Source: an uncultured Selenomonadaceae bacterium
GTDB taxonomy: Bacteria; Bacillota; Negativicutes; Selenomonadales; Selenomonadaceae
DNA: 30,252 nucleotides
Reading direction: 5' to 3'
NCBI GenBank assembly: GCA_902782705.1
Contig: CACZOL010000075.1
Coordinates: forward strand, 1-30,252
The translations under genes and the position numbers were made by a program. How positions within the stretch are numbered: position 1 is the stretch's first letter; every line of letters begins with the position of its first letter. Shown piece after piece: positions 15,555 to 26,760 of the stretch. Under the pieces are notes generated by a model. It made no database searches and was not told the origin of the DNA. It saw nothing but the letters and a program-made list of their open reading frames with translations.

Positions 15555-15797
15555 CTTTTCACCTCCGGCCTGCCTATTCTATTTCCACGCCGACTGTAAT
15601 TTTCCTCTAAAAATTTCATCTATGTCTTTTTTCCTAAAAAATTTTCTACATTTTATCTGAAAAATCTATCCTCTGCTATTTCTTTTCTTTCCTCAATATG
15701 GTACAATGACAGAAATACTAAATTAGACCTATAAAATTTAAAATGATGGAAGCACGTGCATTCTTGCGTAACCAATACAAAGTGAGGAGACCGCGAC

Positions 15798-16364
15798 ATG
15801 AAAAACAAACTTTATGCCCTTGTAGGTCCGCACGCAAGCGGAAAAACAGCAATCATTCGTCAACTGATGAAGCACGGCGTCAATTATATCCCGCTCTATA
15901 CGACACGGTCGCCGGAAGCATACGCGAATAATCCCGTCGGAGCCGCCACCATGTATCGTTTCGTCGATAAGATTGATTTCTTCAAACAGGATTTTCTCGT
16001 TAAGATTACTTATAAAGGCGAATATTACGGCATGATGAAAGAGGAAATCCTGAACGCGCTGCAGAACCATAAAAACAGCGTCATCATTTCCGACGCGCAG
16101 GGTATCAAGCAGCTCTCAAAGCTTCTGAAAGACAGCTTTGAATCCATTTACATCATGGTCGACTATGTCACGCTCGTCGAGCGCATGCTGATGATGAAGC
16201 ATACGAACGACGAAATCAAGTATCATATCGAATATGCGGAAAGCAACGGCGAATTCGACACATGGAAAATCGCCAATCACGTCGTGAAGAACATCATTTC
16301 TTTCGACTCGTCGGTCAACCAGATTCTCGCCATTCTCGGACTGACCGTGCCCATCACCAAATAA
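15798..16364 (+). CDS. Divergent guanylate kinase-like protein
   Basis: P-loop GPHASGKT, YTTR, GEYYG and DAQG motifs of the guanylate kinase fold; several canonical residues are altered. Confidence 0.75.
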   Translation: MKNKLYALVGPHASGKTAIIRQLMKHGVNYIPLYTTRSPEAYANNPVGAATMYRFVDKIDFFKQDFLVKITYKGEYYGMMKEEILNALQNHKNSVIISDAQGIKQLSKLLKDSFESIYIMVDYVTLVERMLMMKHTNDEIKYHIEYAESNGEFDTWKIANHVVKNIISFDSSVNQILAILGLTVPITK

Positions 16365-16444
16365 CACACGCAAGCGTTGACCGGGCAAGAATGAGTGGAT
16401 TCATATGATCCGCATCTCGTATTGCGTTGCCTTTGTGGAAGCAT

Positions 16445-16480
16445 AAAAAAATCGTCGCTCTTTCGAGCGACGATTTTTTT
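16445..16480. terminator. Bidirectional terminator between the convergent gmk-like gene and gyrB
   Basis: AAAAAAATCGTCGCTC-TTTC-GAGCGACGATTTTTTT perfect inverted repeat with A and T tracts. Confidence 0.9.
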
Positions 16481-16488
16481 ATGCTTTT

Positions 16489-18549
<2,061 letters not shown>

Positions 18550-18564
18550 TCAAAAATGGACAAC

Positions 18565-18804
18565 CTAAATGGAAAAAACGCTGGAACGTCTTTTCAACGT
18601 ATCGACAGACAGCTTGGAAAGATATATGCCGCTTGTCGTAACGACAGCGGACTTCGGACGGCCGCCCGACAAATCTTTCAGAGCCTCTTTGTTTTCCGAC
18701 AAGAATTTCTTTCCGTCTTTGGAAGCGCACATTTCCTGATATGCATGCATGGACACGATGTCGCAGAGACGGACGGAATCGTCTCCTCCCAAATGAAGAA
18801 ACAT
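18565..18804 (-). CDS. remB: DUF370 / RemB (YaaB)-like protein
   Basis: MFLHLGGD...KSAVVT...IYLSKLSVDTLKRR pattern at the conserved recF-gyrB position. Confidence 0.8.
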   Translation of the reverse strand: MFLHLGGDDSVRLCDIVSMHAYQEMCASKDGKKFLSENKEALKDLSGGRPKSAVVTTSGIYLSKLSVDTLKRRSSVFSI

Positions 18805-19730
18805 TACGCATTTCTCCTCAAGATACTTCGCTTGCCTTTCTTTCCGTCGGACGGAAAAATGTCAGGCAAAAGATCGAAACGAAGCCTTTCCATGTATTTT
18901 GAGATAATCGGTCCCGTCAATTTCTCGGGCTTGATCGCCGCAAAGAGCATCACGAGCATTTTTGCGTCGTCGCTCGTTTCGTCTCCTTTCGGGATACGAG
19001 ATGCAATGGTTTGAAGCAACGAAAATCTTGCTTGAAAAGCCGTCTCTCTGGAACACCCGATAATATGGCTCACTTCGTAACCGTGCAGCCAAGGCTCACG
19101 CAGGAGAAGACGACGCACGGCGCTTTCTTCTTCTTCCCTTTTCTTCTGTTCGCAAGCCAGGCACAATTTCTTTTCCGGTGCAGTCAAACGACCGCAAGAC
19201 TGACAGGCATGCCATTGATTTTCCGAAAGCGTCCTCTGCAGCGCCATGTTCTGTGCGACGGCTCGGGAAGCTGCGGAACGAAGCTTTTCGTTTTCAATAT
19301 CCGAAACGATGTCTGCGGTTTTTTCGTAGTCGTCCGGTATCGTCTCTATTTTTTCCGAAAAGGATGCAGATAATGTTTCATTACGCACGGCAAAAGTCTC
19401 TTCCTGCGGCGTGCAAAAACATATTTCTTTGACAAGCTCTTCACAGACAAACGCGTTGATCTTGTCAATGAGCTTTCGTTCCATATAGCGAAGTTCATTG
19501 GCCCAGACCGGTGCGTCCGCCGCCAAAAACAACTTGTGAAAATCCATGCGGACCGGACGGACATGCAAAGCTACGGAAGGACCGGCAATTTCTTTCCAGT
19601 GATGAAACAGGAGATGCGTCAGATACTCTTTTTCCTGCCCGAAAGAAGAGACGAATCGCGGCAATACGTCAGAAAATCGTTCCGTTTTTCTTATACGCGC
19701 TTCTTCTTTTGCCGCTTTTCCTTTTTTCAT
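18804..19730 (-). CDS. DUF721 / DciA-like protein with C-terminal Zn-finger extension
   Basis: WKEIAG...L.LAADAPVWANELRYMERKLIDKIN DUF721 core, CQSC-x10-CLAC motif; directly downstream of recF. Confidence 0.8.
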   Translation of the reverse strand: MKKGKAAKEEARIRKTERFSDVLPRFVSSFGQEKEYLTHLLFHHWKEIAGPSVALHVRPVRMDFHKLFLAADAPVWANELRYMERKLIDKINAFVCEELVKEICFCTPQEETFAVRNETLSASFSEKIETIPDDYEKTADIVSDIENEKLRSAASRAVAQNMALQRTLSENQWHACQSCGRLTAPEKKLCLACEQKKREEEESAVRRLLLREPWLHGYEVSHIIGCSRETAFQARFSLLQTIASRIPKGDETSDDAKMLVMLFAAIKPEKLTGPIISKYMERLRFDLLPDIFPSDGKKGKRSILRRNA

Positions 19731-20836
19731 TCCGCCGTCACCGTTCCATGTTCGACATGAAAAATCTGCCCGAAACCGCCGGACGGGATATACGCTTCGT
19801 CCGTCGCCGTCACCAGCGCCTGAAGCTTTTCGCCGCGTATGAAGGAAAGGAGCTGCTCCCGTCGTTCCCGATCGAGTTCGCTCATCACGTCGTCGAGAAG
19901 GAGGATCGGATATTCGCCCGTTTCTTCACGGAAAAAAGCGAGTTCCGCAAGTTTAAGGGAAAGTACGCCTGTACGCTGCTGTCCTTGGGAACCATAAGAA
20001 CGGAGATCTGCTTCATTCACAAAAAAAGCAAGGTCGTCCCGATGAGGCCCGAAGCGCGTAACGCCGCGTAAAATATCAAGTCTTACGGATTCCGCCAGCT
20101 TCTCATTATACCATGAAAGGAGGTCGTTTGTCATGTGATCTCCTTCCCTTGCACCATGCAGCTCATAGCGAAGGGAAAGGGTTTCCTTGCCGCCGGAAAG
20201 ATTTTTTTGCATCTTGGACGCGAGCACGTCAAGTTTTTTTACGACTTCGATTCTCTTTTTGACGACGCTCACGGCTCTTGGAATGATCTGCGCGTCCCAA
20301 AGAGAAAGTTCGCTCTCTTCCGCCTCCCCGTCCCTGATCTTTTTCAAAAGGGAATTTCTCTGCGCCAACAGACGCGTATAAACGGCAAGGTCATAAAAAT
20401 AAGCAGGGTCCGCTTGGGATATCTCCATATCCAGAAATCGCCGACGTCCTGCCGGAGCTCCTTTTATCAAGAAAAGATCTTCCGGTGAGAAAAGAACGAC
20501 GTTCATCGTCCCGATCAAGTCTTTCATACGGACGGCGGCGCCGTTTCTGAGTATCTGTCTTCGTTTGTCACGAAAGAAAAGGAATTCCAGTTGATTTTCT
20601 GCGTCAAAACGCAAAAAATCAAGGGAGAACTTCGCCTCCCCTGCTTCCCACCGCACCAGCTCGGCATCGACGGAGGTACGATGCGAACGCCCAAGCGCCG
20701 CATAATAGACCGCCTCCAAGATGTTTGTTTTTCCTTGGGCGTTCTGCCCGAGAAAAACGTTGACGCCGGATGAAAGGTCAATTTGCTCTTCTTTATAATT
20801 CCTGTAATTTCTAAGCTCGATGCGCCGGATTCTCAT
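19727..20836 (-). CDS. recF: DNA replication/repair protein RecF
   Basis: GQNAQGKTN Walker A, GPHRDDL, SQGQQRT and LLLDDVMSELD motifs. Confidence 0.96.
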   Translation of the reverse strand: MRIRRIELRNYRNYKEEQIDLSSGVNVFLGQNAQGKTNILEAVYYAALGRSHRTSVDAELVRWEAGEAKFSLDFLRFDAENQLEFLFFRDKRRQILRNGAAVRMKDLIGTMNVVLFSPEDLFLIKGAPAGRRRFLDMEISQADPAYFYDLAVYTRLLAQRNSLLKKIRDGEAEESELSLWDAQIIPRAVSVVKKRIEVVKKLDVLASKMQKNLSGGKETLSLRYELHGAREGDHMTNDLLSWYNEKLAESVRLDILRGVTRFGPHRDDLAFFVNEADLRSYGSQGQQRTGVLSLKLAELAFFREETGEYPILLLDDVMSELDRERREQLLSFIRGEKLQALVTATDEAYIPSGGFGQIFHVEHGTVTAE

Positions 20837-20839
20837 CTC

Positions 20840-21067
20840 TTATGCTCCAGAGACAATCTGATACTCCATATCGCCGTCTTCCATACGCAAAGTTACCACG
20901 TCTCCCGGCGACAATTTTTTTCTGCGCGCCGTTTCCAAAACGCCGTTGACGAAAATAATACCGTCTTCAATCATCGGTCTTACCGCGCCCCCGGTCGCCA
21001 CGACGCCAGCCAGCTTCAGGCACTGATCGAGCTGTATGGATTCCGTATGGATCTCAATCTTTTCCAT
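20840..21067 (-). CDS. yaaA: S4-domain RNA-binding protein YaaA
   Basis: IQLDQCLKLAG...GG...VNG.LETARRKKL; between dnaN and recF. Confidence 0.9.
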   Translation of the reverse strand: MEKIEIHTESIQLDQCLKLAGVVATGGAVRPMIEDGIIFVNGVLETARRKKLSPGDVVTLRMEDGDMEYQIVSGA

Positions 21068-21082
21068 GCCTTTTTTCTCCGC

Positions 21083-22198
21083 TTAATGCTTCGTACGGAC
21101 AGGCGTTATGATATAGACAAAATCTTCGTTGTTCGGCTCGCGCACGGCGGCGGGCTTCAAAGAATCGTTCAGCATAAGAATGAACTGATCTCCGTTGACT
21201 ACTTTCAGGACGTCGATCAGATACGAAGCGTTGAAAGAAATATCAATATCGTCTCCGTCAATGGTCGCCTTGACGGTTTCTTCCGCCCTGCCGACAATCG
21301 GATTATCCGAAGAGATATGCACCTCTCCCATATTGAAAACGAGCTTAATGGTATTGTATTCCGAAGAACGGGCAATCAACCCGACACGGGAAACAGCTGA
21401 CAGGAAAGAAGCTGTCGGAAGCGTAACGCGCGTCGCAAAATCAGTCGGAATCGCCCGACGATAATCGGGATATTTTCCTTCGATCAACCGTGTCGTCATA
21501 TAAGCTCGTTCCGTCTCAAAGCTCATTTCACTTCGCGTGCAGGATACCGTGACTTCCTCAGGAATCTCTCCGCCCACGATATGCTGCAATTCTTCCAGAA
21601 CGCGTTTTGGAATGATATACTGACATTTTTCTTGCTGCTCTTCCTCGATGGTTTCCTCATGCAGCGCCAAACGATGGGAATTTGTCGCTACCATGCGCAC
21701 TTTGTCTCCTTCGAGTTCCAACAGCGCGCCGGTAAAAACAGGCCGTGTTTCGTCCGTCGCACAGGCGAAAGTAGTACGACGAACGAGTTCTTTCAATACG
21801 ACGCTTCGTACTTTGAACGTCTTTCCTTCCTGCAAACGACTGATTTTAGGAAAATCCTCCGCGTTCATACTCAAAAGCGTAAAATTGGAATTTCCGGAAG
21901 AGATCTTTAAGATTTTTGTCGATTTGTCGTAATCGAGCTGCACGTTTTCTTCCGGAAGCGTACGAACGACTTCCTGCATATATCTCCCGGAGACGACGAC
22001 TTCTCCAGGCGCGTCGATTTCCGCGGTTATATGAAGAACGACGCCTATCTCATAATCCGTCGCTTGTATTTCCAGCATGTCCTTTTCTGCCCTCATATAA
22101 ATACCGGACAGAATAGGAGTCTGCGGTTTATTTGCTACGGAACGCCCTGCAATTTGCAACGCTTGGACGAGTTCCGATTTCAGACAGGAAATTTTCAC
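21083..22198 (-). CDS. dnaN: DNA polymerase III beta clamp
   Basis: ATDYEI, DETRPVFTG, VATNSHRLA, RLIEGKYPDY and FNASYLID motifs; GTG start with GAGGTG RBS. Confidence 0.97.
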   Translation of the reverse strand: MKISCLKSELVQALQIAGRSVANKPQTPILSGIYMRAEKDMLEIQATDYEIGVVLHITAEIDAPGEVVVSGRYMQEVVRTLPEENVQLDYDKSTKILKISSGNSNFTLLSMNAEDFPKISRLQEGKTFKVRSVVLKELVRRTTFACATDETRPVFTGALLELEGDKVRMVATNSHRLALHEETIEEEQQEKCQYIIPKRVLEELQHIVGGEIPEEVTVSCTRSEMSFETERAYMTTRLIEGKYPDYRRAIPTDFATRVTLPTASFLSAVSRVGLIARSSEYNTIKLVFNMGEVHISSDNPIVGRAEETVKATIDGDDIDISFNASYLIDVLKVVNGDQFILMLNDSLKPAAVREPNNEDFVYIITPVRTKH

Positions 22199-22432
22199 GG
22201 TTATTCACCTCACGTATTATTAACTCAATAATATTATAAATCTTAGTCGTAGTAGTAATAGGGGCTGTGGAAATGTGTAAAAGAGACGGAAGACAAGAAA
22301 TAAAGCTTATTTTTCGATGTGTATAAGAATGTTGAAAAGAAGCTTTGATTTTCCACATAATCACAAAGGAGGGTGTATGGAGTTCTTTATCCACATTTCT
22401 TTTACAGTTTTTTCGCTGATGTTTCCACAGGA
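22199..22432. other. oriC, dnaA-dnaN part with DnaA boxes, DnaA-trios and AT-rich unwinding region
   Basis: TTATCCACA 22387-22395, TTTTCCACA 22349-22357, TGTGTATAA 22318-22326. Minus strand reads ATTTCCACA-GCCCC-TATTACTACTACGACTAAG-ATTTATAATATT (22274 to about 22230). Confidence 0.88.
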
Positions 22433-23884
22433 TTACATTTGACGGATCCGGTCGGTCAATTCTCCGATCATCTTGTCAAACTGAGCGCTTTCTTCACGCA
22501 TTTTCGTGATCTTGTCATAGGCATGCATGACGGTCGTATGGTCGCGCCCGCCGAAATATTCGCCGATCTGCGGCAAAGAAGAGTCGGTCAGCTTTCGGCA
22601 GAGGTACATAGCCACCTGCCGTGCTAAAGCGAGGTCGCGCGTTCTCTTCTTTGAGAAGAGTTCGCCCGTCTGGACATTGAAATGGGAAGCAGTGATATCT
22701 TGGATGAGCTCGAGTGTGATGCTCTTCGTAGGCTCTATTGGATAGCTTCCCTTCATTGCCTTGCCTGCGAGGTCGATCGTGATGCTTTGATTCTCGAGAT
22801 CGGCTTGTGCGACGACACGCGTCAAAGCGCCTTCGAGCTCTCGGATATTGCTGTCTACGCGACTGGCGATGAAGTAAAAAACGTCGTCCGGAATATCCAG
22901 ATGGTCGAGCATCGCTTTCTTTTGGAGAATGGCGATACGGGTCTCCAGATCCGGCGCCGTGATATCGACCGGCAGCCCCCATTCAAAGCGTGAGCGAAGA
23001 CGGTCTTCGATAATCTTTATATCGCGGGGATGGCGGTCTGCGGAAAGGATGATTGCCTTTTCCGCATCGTAGAGAGCGTTGAACGTATGGAAAAATTCTT
23101 CCTGCGTTCTTTCCTTTGTATATAAGAACTGGATATCGTCGACAAGAAGAACGTCGATATTTCTGTATTTCTGCTGGAATTCTCTCGGCTTGCCTTCGCG
23201 GATGGAAGCGATGAAGTCGTTCAGGAATTTTTCGCTGGAAATATAAAGGACGCGCTTTGTCGGGTCATCCTTCAAGATCTGGTTGCCGATTGCATGCATC
23301 AGGTGCGTTTTACCGAGACCGACGCCGCCGTAAAGGAAAAGAGGGTTGTAGACGCGGCCCGGCTTTTTAACGACGGCAAGCGCTGCAGAATATGCAAGCT
23401 GGTTGGAAGTGCCCGTGACGAAATTTTCAAAGGTGTATTTCTCTTTCAATGAAGAATGATCTCCGGGCATGATTGGGACAAAATGAGATACTTCCTTATG
23501 CGGATATGCGACAGAAGCAGACGAATCTGTGGGAAAGAGATTCGTCTGCGATGATCTTTCTTCATAGGAAGATTGTGATTCGGGGATTGGCTGTGCCGCT
23601 CCGCCGTCTTCCTTCTTTTTTGATTCAGGAATCGTTTCGATTTTTATTTCGACTTCCTTATCAAGGATAGCGCGCACGGCGTCCTTGATAAAAGGAATAT
23701 AATGTTCTTCTATATAATGAAGAGAAAAATCGTTGGGAGCGCCAAGAGAGAAAGAAACATCCGTCAGTGAAAGAGGAACGACGGGAATCAACCATCTTTG
23801 ACATTCGCTTTCCGTGATCGTATCGGTATTTCGGAAGTTTTCAAGCACTTGATTCCAGACGTTCTGCATATTTTTCGGTTCCAT
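22433..23884 (-). CDS. dnaA: Chromosomal replication initiator DnaA
   Basis: [41 protein letters not shown] and FGGRDHTTV motifs. Start placed at MEPKN (23884). Confidence 0.97.
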   Translation of the reverse strand: MEPKNMQNVWNQVLENFRNTDTITESECQRWLIPVVPLSLTDVSFSLGAPNDFSLHYIEEHYIPFIKDAVRAILDKEVEIKIETIPESKKKEDGGAAQPIPESQSSYEERSSQTNLFPTDSSASVAYPHKEVSHFVPIMPGDHSSLKEKYTFENFVTGTSNQLAYSAALAVVKKPGRVYNPLFLYGGVGLGKTHLMHAIGNQILKDDPTKRVLYISSEKFLNDFIASIREGKPREFQQKYRNIDVLLVDDIQFLYTKERTQEEFFHTFNALYDAEKAIILSADRHPRDIKIIEDRLRSRFEWGLPVDITAPDLETRIAILQKKAMLDHLDIPDDVFYFIASRVDSNIRELEGALTRVVAQADLENQSITIDLAGKAMKGSYPIEPTKSITLELIQDITASHFNVQTGELFSKKRTRDLALARQVAMYLCRKLTDSSLPQIGEYFGGRDHTTVMHAYDKITKMREESAQFDKMIGELTDRIRQM

Positions 23885-23964
23885 AAAAAAACACACCTGC
23901 CAAAGGAAGTAATCATGCGATGTAAATCGGTTGTTACTCCCTAAAAATGAGTCAAAAAAATCCG

Positions 23965-23996
23965 TTATCCACATTCTTATCAACAAATGTGGATAA
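23965..23996. promoter_or_regulatory. DnaA box cluster upstream of dnaA (oriC, rpmH-dnaA part)
   Basis: TTATCCACA 23965-23973, TTATCAACA 23977-23985, TGTGGATAA 23988-23996. Confidence 0.88.
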
Positions 23997-24080
23997 CTTT
24001 GGTTAATTTGGTCAGAGATATTTTATCAGACGTGACCCAAGGAATCAACAATTTTTAGTGGAAAATTCAAAATGCCTTTC

Positions 24081-24109
24081 TTGACACGTTTCAACGCGTA
24101 GTCTATAAT
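24081..24109 (+). promoter_or_regulatory. Consensus sigma-A promoter of rpmH
   Basis: TTGACA, 17 bp, TATAAT. Confidence 0.88.
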
Positions 24110-24198
24110 CAATGCAGTCAATTTCGTGGCCGATTCGTTTCTTTTACAAAGACGGTGCGGGCGCGAAGCAGATAAATTCGCAGAAGGGAGGTATGGCG

Positions 24199-24333
24199 AT
24201 GAAGCGCACGTATCAGCCGAACAAGCATTATCGCAAAGTAACGCATGGTTTTCGCACGCGCATGAAGACGAAAGGAGGCCGTCTCGTTCTGAAGAAACGC
24301 CGTCAGAAGGGAAGAAAGAAGATTTCCGCGTAA
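24199..24333 (+). CDS. rpmH: 50S ribosomal protein L34
   Basis: [44 protein letters not shown], 44 aa. Confidence 0.97.
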   Translation: MKRTYQPNKHYRKVTHGFRTRMKTKGGRLVLKKRRQKGRKKISA

Positions 24334-24364
24334 TGGCGTCTTTTCAAGATGAGGTCTTGACTTT

Positions 24365-24730
24365 ATGCTGAAGCTGCCAAAGCGCAAAATTTTGCGCAGC
24401 AAGCAGATGTTCCAAAAGGTTTACCTGCACGGACGTTCGTTTGCGGATCGTTATTTGGTACTTTACATCTTCCCGTTGATTGGAACGGAAAGAAAGGTCG
24501 GCTTTGCCGCCGGGAAAAAGCTGGGAAATGCCGTCGTGCGGAATCGCCTCAAGCGTATGATGCGCGAAAGTTATCGGCAAAACCAGGAGAAGCTTGCAGA
24601 AGGATTTTGTTGCCTTCTCGTCGCCCGTCGGGCGGCAATCGACGTCAAAGAGCCGATCATGAGGAAGGCCTTCCTGAAATTGGCAGGAAGAGCCGGCGTC
24701 CTCAAAAAAAGCGGACACGGGGAATATTGA
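24365..24730 (+). CDS. rnpA: Ribonuclease P protein component
   Basis: [28 protein letters not shown] motif. Confidence 0.95.
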   Translation: MLKLPKRKILRSKQMFQKVYLHGRSFADRYLVLYIFPLIGTERKVGFAAGKKLGNAVVRNRLKRMMRESYRQNQEKLAEGFCCLLVARRAAIDVKEPIMRKAFLKLAGRAGVLKKSGHGEY

Positions 24731-24731
24731 G

Positions 24732-24944
24732 ATGGTAAAAGAGATATGTCTTTGGGTGATTCGTTTTTACCGCGCATGTTTGTCTCCTCTCAAATTGCCC
24801 TGTTGCCGTTATGTTCCGACGTGTTCGGAATACGCGATGATTGCGATTGAAAGGTATGGAGCCGCTAAGGGCGGATGGATGGCTGTGAAGAGAATCCTTC
24901 GTTGTCATCCGTTCGGAGCGAGCGGATATGATCCCGTACCTTAG
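24732..24944 (+). CDS. yidD: Membrane protein insertion efficiency factor YidD
   Basis: [11 protein letters not shown]...RILRCHPF...GYDPVP. Confidence 0.95.
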   Translation: MVKEICLWVIRFYRACLSPLKLPCCRYVPTCSEYAMIAIERYGAAKGGWMAVKRILRCHPFGASGYDPVP

Positions 24945-25004
24945 GGAATTGTGAAAAATCTATCGGCAAAGCCACAAAATGATTTATTCCGTGATTCCCT
25001 AGAC

Positions 25005-25030
25005 AATGCCCGGATCAGCCGGGCATTTTT
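25005..25030 (+). terminator. Terminator-like hairpin between yidD and yidC
   Basis: AATGCCCGG-ATCAG-CCGGGCATT followed by TTT. Confidence 0.65.
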
Positions 25031-25098
25031 CGAGAGAAAAAGAAATTTACGCGCTTTGCGCGAATGTTTCGCTTTTCAGGATTTTAGGATGTGATATA

Positions 25099-25812
25099 TT
25101 GGATTTTTTTGGTTCCCTGTTGAACCCTATCGTTGCCTTGATACAGTCCGGTATCGGCGTCATTTACCAGATGCTTTCCAACGCGGGATTTCCAAACTAC
25201 GGCGCTGCTATCATCCTTCTGACTGTGATCATCAAGATGATCCTCTATCCATTGACGGTCAAACAGATTAAGTCGATGAAGGGACTGCAAGAGCTTCAGC
25301 CGAAGATGAAAAAATTGCAGGAGCAATATAAGTCGAATCCGCAGCTTTTGCAGCAGGAAATGGCGAAATTGTACGAGAGCGCAGGAATCAATCCATTGGC
25401 GGGTTGCTTGCCTCTTTTGGTACAGATGCCGATTTTGATGGCGATTTATTATGCGCTCCGCGATATGACGTACGCGGGCGATCCGTCCTTTTTATGGGTT
25501 CCTTCTCTGTCTGAGGCAGACCCGCTGCACATTTTGCCTGTCGTTTCGGCAGTGACGACGTATATCGTTTCTATGCAGACGACGCCGGCGGACAACGGAT
25601 CGGCCAAGATGATGATGTACATGATGCCGCTCTTTATCGGCTGGATCAGCTGGAGCTTTGCGGCCGGTCTCGTCTTGTACTGGATCACGATGAATTTTGT
25701 CCAGGGTTTGCAGCAATGGTGGATGTTCCGTGATGAAAAGAAAGCGGAAAAGGAAGATCGGTCGAAACGCGAGCAAAAGGAAGCCAAAAAAGGAAAGAAG
25801 AAAGAGAAATAG
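25099..25812 (+). CDS. yidC: Membrane protein insertase YidC/Oxa1/SpoIIIJ
   Basis: YGAAIILLTVIIKMILYPL, GINPLAGCLPLLVQMPI, GLVLYW motifs. TTG start at 25099 behind AGGATGTGA. Confidence 0.93.
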   Translation: MDFFGSLLNPIVALIQSGIGVIYQMLSNAGFPNYGAAIILLTVIIKMILYPLTVKQIKSMKGLQELQPKMKKLQEQYKSNPQLLQQEMAKLYESAGINPLAGCLPLLVQMPILMAIYYALRDMTYAGDPSFLWVPSLSEADPLHILPVVSAVTTYIVSMQTTPADNGSAKMMMYMMPLFIGWISWSFAAGLVLYWITMNFVQGLQQWWMFRDEKKAEKEDRSKREQKEAKKGKKKEK

Positions 25813-25823
25813 GAGGCGGCCGT

Positions 25824-26660
25824 ATGGATTTCATAGAAAAAACCGCGAAGACCGTCGAGGAAGCAAAACAGGCGGCTCTGGCTGAGCTCGGCGTTCGGGA
25901 GGACGAAGCCGACATAGAGATTATCGAAGAGGCGTCGAAAGGATTCCTTGGCTTGATTGGAGGTCATGACGCGAAAGTTCGTGTCACCGTCAGGAAAAAC
26001 GGTTCGGATCAGATTTCGGCAGGAACGGACGAGATGCCGATGCCGGAAATCATTGAAACTTCCCGACAGGTTGGAGATCTTGTCAAAAAGCAGTCCAGAG
26101 AGGAAAATGCGCATGAGGAACGTCCGCGTCCGCGTATGGTTTCGGAAGAAGAGGCCGCCGTTCCTCTGGAACGGGCGGAAAAGTTCCTGCGTCAGATTTT
26201 CGAGTCGATGCATTTGGAAGTTTCCATTGAGAAAGTGAGAGGCGAAGAAGCTTACGTTTTGAATTTCACGGGCGAAGATCTTGGCATTTTGATTGGAAAG
26301 CACGGACAGACGTTGGATTCTTTGCAGTATCTTGTCAATCTTGCCGCGAATCACGGTTTGACGGAAAATCGAGTGCACATCATTTTGGATGTCGAGCATT
26401 ATCGCGACCGCCGCGAAGAAACCCTTCGCCGTTTGGCGGCTCGGCTCGCGGATAAGGCAATTCGGACGCGCCAGCGGATCATGCTGGAGCCGATGAATCG
26501 CCACGAGCGCAAGATCATTCACATGGCGCTTCAGGAAAATCGACGCGTATCGACTTACAGCTCGGGCGACGAGCCTTACCGCAAAGTCGTCATTGAGCCG
26601 AATCGCGAGCGTCGCGGCGGTTATCGCGAACGTCGGGAAAAAGAAACGTTCATAGCGTAA
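25824..26660 (+). CDS. jag: RNA-binding protein Jag/KhpB/EloR
   Basis: Jag_N (AKTVEEAKQAAL), KH (GILIGKHGQTLDSLQYL) and R3H (MNRHERKIIH) domains. Confidence 0.95.
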   Translation: MDFIEKTAKTVEEAKQAALAELGVREDEADIEIIEEASKGFLGLIGGHDAKVRVTVRKNGSDQISAGTDEMPMPEIIETSRQVGDLVKKQSREENAHEERPRPRMVSEEEAAVPLERAEKFLRQIFESMHLEVSIEKVRGEEAYVLNFTGEDLGILIGKHGQTLDSLQYLVNLAANHGLTENRVHIILDVEHYRDRREETLRRLAARLADKAIRTRQRIMLEPMNRHERKIIHMALQENRRVSTYSSGDEPYRKVVIEPNRERRGGYRERREKETFIA

Positions 26661-26700
26661 TTCATTTTACCGCGACCTTAGGCGGAAAAGAAAAAAGTGG

Positions 26701-26728
26701 AAGCCGTCGCAGTTTTGCGGCGGCTTTT
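26701..26728 (+). terminator. Terminator-like hairpin after jag
   Basis: AAGCCGTCGCA-GTTT-TGCGGCGGCTT followed by TT; one G-T pair. Confidence 0.55.
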
Positions 26729-26760
26729 ATAATAGGAAGGAATGAAGGGAGGGCGACAAG

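Noticed and set aside
600-16440. Cluster as an integrative mobile element or prophage
   Set aside because: No integrase, transposase, tRNA target or flanking direct repeats visible.
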